Assembly (NCBI GenBank): GCA_007375645.1
Contig: VMER01000001.1
Span: 5,139-69,138 of the forward strand
Length of the DNA stretch: 64,000 nt
Direction: 5' to 3'
Origin: Parcubacteria group bacterium LiPW_15
GTDB lineage: Bacteria > Patescibacteriota > Minisyncoccia > UBA6257 > 2-01-FULL-56-20
Of this stretch, positions 27,945 to 35,820 are shown piece after piece. The notes beneath the pieces were generated by a model that worked only from the letters and a program-made list of their open reading frames with translations, had not been told where the DNA came from and did no database searches. Each line of letters starts with the position of its first letter. Positions within the stretch are counted from its first letter, which is position 1. Both the position numbers and the translations under genes were made by a program.

Positions 27945-29756
27945 GTGCGAAATCAAGGCAGTCTCCAAAACTCTGGAACGAATCCACTTCGCTATCTTTT
28001 CCAGAAAACGTGGCATTACTCGGCTGGGAACCGGGACAAGATAGCGTGGTACTGGACCATGTTCATCATGGCCGAGACCATCTCGCTTCTGTTCCATCCG
28101 CTCGTTATGGCCAAGCTGATGAACGTAATCCAGGCACAGGGCATCACAGATGCGAATATCAAATTCCTTTTGAAACTACTAGCGCTCACGCTTGTGATCG
28201 AAGTAGTGTTCTGGTCGCTTCACGGACCAGCGCGGCTCATTGAGAGGAACAACGCGTTCAAGGCTCGTGTCAATTATCGCAAGCACCTCTTGAAAGGCGT
28301 AATGACATTGCCGATGGAATGGCATGTGGAGCATCATTCCGGCGATACGATCGACAAGGTCGAAAAGGGAACGACAGCGTTATTTCAGTTTTCGAAAGAT
28401 TCTTTCGAGGTGATCTACGCGATAGTTCAACTTGTCGTGAGCTACGCGATGCTCATTTATTTCAGCAGATCGGCCGCGTATATCGTTCTGATCATGATGT
28501 TTGTCACGGCGTGGATTACTACGCGGTTTGACAAGGTGCTGATTGGGCAGTACCGAGACCTGAACCATGCCGAGAATAGCGTCTCGGAGAGCGTTTTTGA
28601 CTCCATCTCCAACATAACTACGGTCATCATCCTCCGGGTCGAGCGGCTTGTCTTCGAGGCGATCATCCGCAAGGTTGAAAAACCCTACGAACTCTTCGGA
28701 CGCAATAACCGCATAAACGAAACAAAGTGGTTTTTGACGGAGATGTGTTGCAACGTGACGACCATTCTTGTCATGGGCGCATACCTCTTAAAGAATGTCG
28801 GGGCCCATGAAGCCATTCTGATCGGGAACCTCTACATTCTCCTCAAGTATCTCGATAAAATGGGCGACCTCTTCTTTCGATTCACGGGCATGTACAGCGA
28901 CATTCTCCAGTGGAAAGCCAAGGTTATGAATGCCGAAGAGCTGGCCAAAGATTTTCGGGCAGAGAACTTCACGAACCATGTTCTGCCGAAAGACTGGCAA
29001 ACGCTCAAGATCGGAGGGCTTAACTTCTCCTATCGCAACGGAGATGGAGCCAACCTTGATCTTAACGACATATCTCTTTCCATCGCGCGCGGAGAACGCA
29101 TCGCCTTTGTCGGCGAAAGCGGAAGTGGCAAAACAACTCTTTTGAAAATCATGAGAGATTTGTATCATCCGCAGAGTATGTCACTCTCGGTTGATGGCGC
29201 AATCATCCCGCAGGGGTTTGAGGGTATCAGCCGGGCAATCGCGCTTGTGCCGCAGGACCCGGAGATATTCGCAACTACTATCCTTGAGAACATAACGCTG
29301 GGCGCGGAATACGACGCCTCTTTCGTTAAACGATTCACGGATATGGCTTGCTTTACGGACGTCGCAGAAGGCCTGCCTCACGGATTGGATTCCTCGGTCA
29401 AGGAGAAAGGAGTTAATCTGAGCGGAGGTCAGCAGCAGCGTCTGGCGCTAGCCCGCGGGCTTCTTGCCTGCCACGACAAAGACATCGTTCTTTTGGATGA
29501 ACCGACCAGCAGTCTTGATACGGCTAATGAACTCCGGATATATCAGAACATTTTCCGTGAGTTCGGCGACAAGACCGTTGTTTCTTCGGTTCATCGCTTG
29601 CACCTTCTCCCGCTGTTCCACCGCCTATATTTTTTCAGCGGCGGACAGATCATTGCCTCGGGCAGCCTGGAAGACTTACTGCTTACCTGTCCCGAGTTTC
29701 AGGGTCTATGGCAGCAGTATCACGAGCGAAGCGGCCAAGAAGGCGCTACGCGCTAA
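27945..29756 (+). CDS. ABC exporter, fused TM and ATPase domains (MsbA/MDR-like)
   Basis: TM helices then GESGSGKTT, VPQ, LSGGQQQR, LLDEPTSSLD, HRL; SD AAAGGAG before GTG. Confidence 0.93.
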   Translation: MRNQGSLQNSGTNPLRYLFQKTWHYSAGNRDKIAWYWTMFIMAETISLLFHPLVMAKLMNVIQAQGITDANIKFLLKLLALTLVIEVVFWSLHGPARLIERNNAFKARVNYRKHLLKGVMTLPMEWHVEHHSGDTIDKVEKGTTALFQFSKDSFEVIYAIVQLVVSYAMLIYFSRSAAYIVLIMMFVTAWITTRFDKVLIGQYRDLNHAENSVSESVFDSISNITTVIILRVERLVFEAIIRKVEKPYELFGRNNRINETKWFLTEMCCNVTTILVMGAYLLKNVGAHEAILIGNLYILLKYLDKMGDLFFRFTGMYSDILQWKAKVMNAEELAKDFRAENFTNHVLPKDWQTLKIGGLNFSYRNGDGANLDLNDISLSIARGERIAFVGESGSGKTTLLKIMRDLYHPQSMSLSVDGAIIPQGFEGISRAIALVPQDPEIFATTILENITLGAEYDASFVKRFTDMACFTDVAEGLPHGLDSSVKEKGVNLSGGQQQRLALARGLLACHDKDIVLLDEPTSSLDTANELRIYQNIFREFGDKTVVSSVHRLHLLPLFHRLYFFSGGQIIASGSLEDLLLTCPEFQGLWQQYHERSGQEGATR

Positions 29757-29798
29757 AGTTCATGACCGCCAATATGCGAAAGCTGAGGCGGTTTTTTA

Positions 29799-31079
29799 TT
29801 ACTTCGGTATCGTGAGACTCCAGACTTTTCCGTCCAGGACGTAGTAGAGAATGTTTCCTTCTGTATCGTAGGCGGCGTTTGTGGAATTTGCGAGATGTTG
29901 GATATTTTCCGGATCAACCGCGGAGAAATCCAGGAGTCCTACTCCACTTCCGAGATTCAAGAGGAGGTGCCTCTCATCTCGATACCAAGAGACGGAATTT
30001 ATATATGGATAAGCGCTGAGATTCAAGCGGACATAATCGCCGTCTTTTGAATATATTTCCAGAGTTTTTTCCCCGAGAATCGCGGTCCAGGCGCCGCTTG
30101 GAGAAAAACTGAATTGTCGTACGTTTTCGCTCTTTTTCTCCAAAGTGCCGCTTAAAAGATCATAAAAATATAACTCCGCGTTATCTTGTAAGAGCCCCAG
30201 GATATTCCTCGAAGACAGTTGCATTTTGTATGTTTTTCCGGGAAGCGAGACATCAATCTGGGAAACTCGGCCCAAGAGTCTTTCGTAGGTGAAGATCGTG
30301 GAAGTCGCGTATTTTGCGTCATAGACGGCCCAAGCAATGAGCCCGCTTGCGGGGGACACCGCTTCTACGATCTGACTCTTTGTGGAGGTAAATATTTTTG
30401 TGGGGACTTTTCCCGCTTCAAGAAGAGAGACCTGCGCAGTGGAATAGGAGATCAATTGATTTGAACCGGTATCCAATATATAAGATTTGGCAGATGCGAG
30501 TTTCTGCGCGGAGGGTTTTATCCCGGCGGATAATTTAATTAGATAAAAATTTCCCTTGGAATCCGAAGTTAAAAGTTCATTATTGTCTGCAGATTGGTCA
30601 ACGACATTGGTTCCCGGGATCAGAGTTTCGCCCGCATATATTTTTCCTCCGATCTTTAAAACCACCGATCCGTCCTGGAAAGTATAAATATTTTGCGCAT
30701 CTTTTTCAGAAAAAATATCCCGTTTTTCAGGCAGAAGTATTGGATTGAGCTCCGTGACGAGCGATGGTTCTACGGAAACGGTTCTTCTCCAGTTTTCATA
30801 ACCTTCCAATTCCAGCTCCACTTTGTAGGTTTTTGGGAAAAGGCTTTGGACCAGCACTCCGGAGCTTAAAATGCCGCGCGACTCCTCCCGCTTTTCGCCG
30901 TCCAGAAAGATATCGGCGTCCTTTGGATGGCTCTGTATATAAATCGCCCCAACCTTTTTAACGCGCATAGTCGCGAAGTCAAATCTATAGCCCTGTGCAT
31001 AAAGAATAGTTCCCGTTCCAAGCACCAAAAATACCCCCAAAAGGGCATATAAAAGGGCCTTTCTAAAGCTTTTACTCAC
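29799..31079 (-). CDS. PEGA-domain membrane-anchored protein with probable beta-propeller
   Basis: TM then YAQGYRFD, GAIYIQSHPKDADIFLDG, LFPKTYKVELELEGYENW; start set to the GTG 6 nt after TATAAT. Confidence 0.85.
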   Translation of the reverse strand: MSKSFRKALLYALLGVFLVLGTGTILYAQGYRFDFATMRVKKVGAIYIQSHPKDADIFLDGEKREESRGILSSGVLVQSLFPKTYKVELELEGYENWRRTVSVEPSLVTELNPILLPEKRDIFSEKDAQNIYTFQDGSVVLKIGGKIYAGETLIPGTNVVDQSADNNELLTSDSKGNFYLIKLSAGIKPSAQKLASAKSYILDTGSNQLISYSTAQVSLLEAGKVPTKIFTSTKSQIVEAVSPASGLIAWAVYDAKYATSTIFTYERLLGRVSQIDVSLPGKTYKMQLSSRNILGLLQDNAELYFYDLLSGTLEKKSENVRQFSFSPSGAWTAILGEKTLEIYSKDGDYVRLNLSAYPYINSVSWYRDERHLLLNLGSGVGLLDFSAVDPENIQHLANSTNAAYDTEGNILYYVLDGKVWSLTIPK

Positions 31080-31140
31080 AGGCCTATTATATTCCACAGA
31101 TGTGCTTTTGATAAGGGTGGGACCGATGTATAATGTAGTT

Positions 31141-31257
31141 AGTCCTGTTCTGATTTCGGATCAAATAATTTTTCACGGGAGAGCGGATTGGCTTTGCCCC
31201 TTGGGGCAAAACCTAGCTCACCCACCTGGGAATCTTTCCCGGTAAATCAGGCAGGAC
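31141..31257 (+). ncRNA. Candidate compact 6S-like RNA
   Basis: TATAAT at 31129-31134; ends pair (gtcctgttctgattt / aaatcaggcaggac); AU-rich central bubble; apical stem tttgcccc-tt-ggggcaaa; followed by a terminator. Confidence 0.5.
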
Positions 31258-31267
31258 GCGAAATTGG

Positions 31268-31309
31268 AAACCCGCCCTAAGCGCATAAGCGCCGGGCGGG
31301 TTTTGTTTT
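31268..31309 (+). terminator. Intrinsic terminator after ncRNA candidate
   Basis: aaacccgccc...gggcgggttt-tgtttt. Confidence 0.8.
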
Positions 31310-31369
31310 CTGGTGTAAATGCGTTATAAAAAAGTTAGCTGTCCTATTGATATCGAGAGGAGAAGCACC

Positions 31370-32620
31370 ATGAGACTTGTTCGCATTCTTCCGCTTTTGC
31401 TTGGGACGACGCTTCTGGCCGAATCGCCCAAGCCGCAAGGATCTTTAACCACCTGGGAAAAAATTGCGAAGGCTAAGGAAGTTCTCCGAATCGAAGAACC
31501 GAAGCCGATCTATGCCTCGCGTAAGGGCAAGGCTACGCTTGTCGGCAAGGAATCGCTTCGAGCGCTGGAGCGGCCTGACGGAACTTTTCATGTGGTTCGA
31601 ATCAGGCTTCTCTTCGTAAGGAGGGGAAAAAACATCGATACCGCCGTTCAATCCGTTTATCCCGAATTCTGCGCGGCGGAGCGGATAAACGGCGGAGGAG
31701 TAAATGCCAGTTATCGCGTTCTCTGCGATGGCGTGGAAGAAACGGTTTTCGCCGGGAAGGATCTGAACAGTAGGGGCAAGGAGATAACCGGTCCGGATGG
31801 AAAGCCGGAATGCTATGTTCCGTATTCCGACGCGCTGGCAACTCCGGAAGTTGTCGAAGCGGGAAGAGCGTATCTCAAAAAGCAGATATCGCTCGCCGCG
31901 AATGAGCTTCGCGCTCAAAGGGTTCACTCTCGCGGGATTCCCGGGAAACTTGTAGCTGACGTTTTCCAGGAAAAGATGCTCTACGATCTCGCGGTCATTG
32001 AACACGTCGACCACAAGGAATTCTACGATGAATCCACGGGGAAACTTCCCGAGAATTACACACAGGAAAAAGTTCTGGCCCAACTCAGCTTGAACGGACC
32101 GGAGGCATTCTTCTATTCCAAGAGCAAGATTCGCGGAACTACTGCTGGGGCGCTTTGCCTCATGCAGATAATGCCTTCAACCTATAACGACCGGAAAGAA
32201 AAAAGAACCGGGAAGATTCGAAAGGGCATAAGGAGCAGCTATCCCGAGGCGAGGCTTCCGTTGTCTGCCCAGGAAGGTTCCTGCGGGAGCCATGCTTCCG
32301 CTATCAAAACCGCCTACCTAGTGTTGGACTCCAAGCTTTCTGCTATGCAACCGGAATTCAAGCGACTCTTCGCAGAAGATCCTGAGACCTATGGCGTGTA
32401 TCTAGCTGTTGCCTATAACGGCGGGGAGGTCCGCGCGAGAAATCTATTCGCGAAAACGAGAAATCCAGCTTTCAAGCTCAAGGAGATTCTCAATGATCTA
32501 TTCCGCACGTTGGGGCTCAAAAAAGAACGCCAAAAGCTTTCAGTGCTAAGGCAGGAGACTTGGATCTACATCAAGAAATACTTCGAACTTTCAAACATCC
32601 CCGATGCGAACGGGGAGTGA
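31370..32620 (+). CDS. Secreted lytic transglycosylase (SLT)-like protein
   Basis: Signal peptide MRLVRILPLLLGTTLLA; AGALCLMQIMPST, AVAYNGG and ETWIYIKK resemble SLT motifs GAxGLMQ, AYNxG, ETxxYV; SD GAGGAG. Confidence 0.75.
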   Translation: MRLVRILPLLLGTTLLAESPKPQGSLTTWEKIAKAKEVLRIEEPKPIYASRKGKATLVGKESLRALERPDGTFHVVRIRLLFVRRGKNIDTAVQSVYPEFCAAERINGGGVNASYRVLCDGVEETVFAGKDLNSRGKEITGPDGKPECYVPYSDALATPEVVEAGRAYLKKQISLAANELRAQRVHSRGIPGKLVADVFQEKMLYDLAVIEHVDHKEFYDESTGKLPENYTQEKVLAQLSLNGPEAFFYSKSKIRGTTAGALCLMQIMPSTYNDRKEKRTGKIRKGIRSSYPEARLPLSAQEGSCGSHASAIKTAYLVLDSKLSAMQPEFKRLFAEDPETYGVYLAVAYNGGEVRARNLFAKTRNPAFKLKEILNDLFRTLGLKKERQKLSVLRQETWIYIKKYFELSNIPDANGE

Positions 32621-32625
32621 CTCCG

Positions 32626-32649
32626 ACCCCGCTTCACGGCGGGGTTTTT
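32626..32649 (+). terminator. Intrinsic terminator of the SLT-like gene
   Basis: accccgc-ttcacg-gcggggt-tttt. Confidence 0.8.
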
Positions 32650-32839
32650 CATGTTTAAGAGATTGCAGGGCTACCGGGAGGGTTTCACCGATTTATTTTC
32701 CGGCGGAAGAATTTCTTTTTGGAGAAGTCCTCGGAGGCGCTTCCGGCTTGGTATTCGAAGAATCGGAAGTGCCGAGAGACAGCGAACAGCCGCCGCCGGA
32801 GCGGTTGTATCGCGATTCTCAAAAAAGGAATTCTGAAGC

Positions 32840-32857
32840 TAGTCGGGCTGCCGGGAA
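32840..32857 (-). repeat. 18-bp direct repeat of the tRNA-Pro 3' end (att-like)
   Basis: tagtcgggctgccgggaa identical to 33020-33037. Confidence 0.9.
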
Positions 32858-32892
32858 AATTTCACTACTCGGCTTTTAGCCTGTGTTTTCCG

Positions 32893-32952
32893 AACCCACG
32901 GTTCTGAATAATCTCCTCCACGGAGGGGACGATATTGCGTCCCCTCCGACCC
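32893..32952 (-). mobile_element. MITE-like hairpin element, copy 2 (family E)
   Basis: Reverse complement gggtcgg-aggggacg-caatat-cgtcccct-ccgtg-gaggag-attattcagaaccgtgggtt. Confidence 0.6.
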
Positions 32953-33022
32953 ACCCCTCCGTTCAATTCCCGGCACAAAAAATAAAATAGCCTGCCGATA
33001 AAAGGCAAGCTATTTTATTTAG

Positions 33023-33093
33023 TCGGGCTGCCGGGAATTGAACCCGGTCTACATGCACCCCATGCATGCGTACTACCGGTATACTACAGCCCG
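33023..33093 (-). tRNA. tRNA-Pro (GGG)
   Basis: Acceptor cgggctg/cagcccg, anticodon arm catgc-atGGGgt-gcatg, T arm ccggg-ttcaatt-cccgg. Confidence 0.95.
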
Positions 33094-33323
33094 CTGAACA
33101 TTGATTTTGAACTAACGACGACCGAATCACCCTACCACGGTTCATATAATCCTGTCCTCCAAAGCAGAACGACGGAGGATATACTACAGCCCGAAGTGAA
33201 GAGTAAAATGATTGCTCGCGATCATTTTAGCTAAACGATAGGGATGAAAGCTATACTTACAGCCCGTAACGAGGAGCGAAATGATTATATCCTACATCGC
33301 CATTTTCTCCGAACAAATCTTAG

Positions 33324-34349
33324 CTAGGACGATCTTATGACATGTTTTTTGGGCGGCGGCGGTTCCTTTATGCCTTTCGCCACAAAAATAGGTTCTTCTT
33401 CGTCCGCATAATTTGTGAAGAGGGCGTCTACTTGAATTTTAATCTCATTGTATATTTCGTCTTTTCTTACGGCGGCAAATATGGCGTCTTGCAGCGCCTT
33501 ATCTTTTGGCATTTTGTCTCGTATCACCTCCTCAATTCCCTGAAGGTCGCTTTTTATCGGCTGAATAATACTGCTTCCTCCGGTCTGCTCCGCCAGTTTC
33601 AAATATGCCCGCAATTGCAGAAGAATCTCGTAGAGAATTACAAATTGCATTATATGTTGCTCGAGCTTTTGTGAGGCAGCATCTATCTCTGCTGGGGCAT
33701 TATATTCATCAATATTTTCCAGGTCGTACGTCACACCGGCAAGTGCCGAATTTTTTTTACGGTCCGCACCGATGGCCACCAGGGGAACGTTATTTAATTC
33801 ACCGTTGTATCTATCTGTTTTGAAGTACTTAACGCCGGGGAGTTTCTTTTTAAGGATCAAATCGCGTTGTCGACGCATTTTACCTGGAATCTCGGAGGCG
33901 CTTACGGTAGTATCTATCCCGACTGCCAATTGTTGCGCTCCATTCAGTTCGGCGACGATGTCCACGCCGCCAAAATAATCGTCTATCTTGGAAGCGGGTC
34001 TAATCGTAGAATTTTTACCCAGCCACTTTCCATTTTGCAGAGCATAGATCGTCGCCATTTCGGAAATTTTGGCCCGGTCTCTTGAAAAAACCGCTTCTGG
34101 GTCGACTGCCAAATTATGTTCTCTTTCCCGCTCACGCTTGATTTCCTCTCCTTTTATCCTTGATCTATCTGCCATCGCGTTTTCGCTGGGATTCCCAGAG
34201 GAGGATTCCATCGGGATCCTTTGGCTTTCTATTTTCGCTTCCAATATTCTAGATAGCCTTTTTTCCTTGTCGGACAATTCGCCACGTTCGCCCAAAAAAC
34301 CACCCTTTTTTTCATTGGATGGAAGAAACTCTTGCGGTCTTTCTCTCAT
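33324..34349 (-). CDS. Hypothetical protein, possible PD-(D/E)xK-like fold
   Basis: 341-aa ORF; ASKIDDYFGGVDIV...VGIDTT acidic motif. Confidence 0.7.
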   Translation of the reverse strand: MRERPQEFLPSNEKKGGFLGERGELSDKEKRLSRILEAKIESQRIPMESSSGNPSENAMADRSRIKGEEIKREREREHNLAVDPEAVFSRDRAKISEMATIYALQNGKWLGKNSTIRPASKIDDYFGGVDIVAELNGAQQLAVGIDTTVSASEIPGKMRRQRDLILKKKLPGVKYFKTDRYNGELNNVPLVAIGADRKKNSALAGVTYDLENIDEYNAPAEIDAASQKLEQHIMQFVILYEILLQLRAYLKLAEQTGGSSIIQPIKSDLQGIEEVIRDKMPKDKALQDAIFAAVRKDEIYNEIKIQVDALFTNYADEEEPIFVAKGIKEPPPPKKHVIRSS

Positions 34350-34355
34350 ATCTTT

Positions 34356-34541
34356 TTATCTAGGCTTCTTTACGAGAGTCTTTATGCAACGGGTGCAAAG
34401 CCTGGCTTTTTTACCGTCCAATTTAGACCATTGTAAGTTCGGGTAGCGGCGGGATTTAGTCGTCGGATTGTAGTGACCGCGCATAAGAACGCGCTTACCG
34501 GCGATTATTGATCCTTTTCCGCATTTTGCACAGCTGAACAT
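34356..34541 (-). CDS. rpmB: 50S ribosomal protein L28
   Basis: CAKCGK, TKSRRYPNLQ, RLCTRCIKT. Confidence 0.92.
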   Translation of the reverse strand: MFSCAKCGKGSIIAGKRVLMRGHYNPTTKSRRYPNLQWSKLDGKKARLCTRCIKTLVKKPR

Positions 34542-34622
34542 GGTGGGGATTTGGCTGTTGGTTTAAGTCTCCATATTCTAACGTATACGCATAAAAAAGC
34601 AACTTTTAGGGCGTTTTGGGCG

Positions 34623-35093
34623 CTACCTGGAGCTCACCTTTAGTTTCTTGGCTTGGCCCCTCGTGCGTTTTGGCATGCGGACCGTCAAAATGCCATTCTC
34701 GAACTCGGCTTTTGAGGCATCCGCGTCTACTTCTTCCGGCAAGATTATGGAGCGCGAAAAACGGCCCCAGTAGCACTCCTGAAGATCGTAGTCTTTGTCA
34801 TGTATCTCGCGATTCTTTCTTCTCTCTCCTTTGATCGTTATGGAGTCCGGGGTTATATCAATATCGATATCTTCCGGGTTCACTCCGGCGATCGCCGATT
34901 CCACCACGACTTCGGTGGGGGTGCGATAAACGTCCAGAGTAAGCACTCCCTCTCCAAGTTCCTGGGGTTCCGCTTCTTTCCGAACTTTTCGTTCTGCCAC
35001 GCTACCGCTCGCTTTGGCAAGTTCTATCTCGTAAAGATTTTCCGACTGACCGTCGTAGCTCGGCACTCCCTCAAAATATTTTTCTTCCGGCAT
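34623..35093 (-). CDS. Small heat-shock protein (Hsp20/alpha-crystallin)
   Basis: LDVYRT, AGVNPEDIDI, ECYWGRFSRSIILP, AEFENGILTVRMPK. Confidence 0.94.
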   Translation of the reverse strand: MPEEKYFEGVPSYDGQSENLYEIELAKASGSVAERKVRKEAEPQELGEGVLTLDVYRTPTEVVVESAIAGVNPEDIDIDITPDSITIKGERRKNREIHDKDYDLQECYWGRFSRSIILPEEVDADASKAEFENGILTVRMPKRTRGQAKKLKVSSR

Positions 35094-35094
35094 A

Positions 35095-35781
35095 TCAGAT
35101 CTTTTTGTTTTTGAATTTTTCGAAGTCGGCCAGGACGAAGAAGCCGACTATCATTAAGAATATTATTGGCTGGAAATAGCTTTCAAAGCTCAGTATAAGG
35201 TAGTTGAAAAACGCGTGCAACACGGTGGCGACGACGATTCCGGTCAAAAGAATTCGGACCCTTCCAAATTCACGGATAGACCAGGCCCAATGGTAGCCAA
35301 TGACCGCTCCGGTTAGGGCGTGAAGCAGGGTGGCGCCAACAAAGCGGAAAGAGATCATTTCAAAAATATTGGCATTCGCGGCCGCAATCCCGCCCTGCAG
35401 AAAGGGGGATGTCAGCGCGCCGATATTTTCGAGAGTCGCGAATCCCAGGGCAGCTACGAGAGAATAGATCATCGCGTCTATCGGTTCGTCAAAGGCAGGA
35501 CTTTTCCGAACCGCAGATCTGGCAGATAAAAATTTTGTAACCTCCTCTATGAGAGAAAGTCCCGCGAGCGAAAGCAGGGGAAACAGTATTCCCGGTCCGC
35601 CGGAAGGTACGTATTGATTAAAGGCCAGTTCCAATCCTAGCGCGATTATCGCGCCGAGCATTCCATAGCAGAAAGTTTTAAAGATTAATCGTTTCGGTTC
35701 CGGATGCGGATCTTCCTGCATATAAAAGTAAAGCCAGGCGAAGCCCGGAATGAAGCCCAAAATTATTGCCAGCCAACCCAT
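35095..35781 (-). CDS. PrsW family intramembrane metalloprotease
   Basis: DPHPEP, IEEVTK, ALGFATLEN, LLHA, LHAFFN. Confidence 0.93.
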   Translation of the reverse strand: MGWLAIILGFIPGFAWLYFYMQEDPHPEPKRLIFKTFCYGMLGAIIALGLELAFNQYVPSGGPGILFPLLSLAGLSLIEEVTKFLSARSAVRKSPAFDEPIDAMIYSLVAALGFATLENIGALTSPFLQGGIAAANANIFEMISFRFVGATLLHALTGAVIGYHWAWSIREFGRVRILLTGIVVATVLHAFFNYLILSFESYFQPIIFLMIVGFFVLADFEKFKNKKI

Positions 35782-35820
35782 GGAGCAATTATATCCAAGC
35801 GGGAGCGGGGACTCAAATCG

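Noticed and set aside
27788-28243. 151-aa ORF overlapping the exporter start
   Set aside because: Crosses the attenuator terminator and overlaps the ABC gene out of frame.
32660-33270. CRISPR array
   Set aside because: Repeats are 12-18-bp tRNA-end fragments at 70-180 bp spacing, and there are no cas genes.
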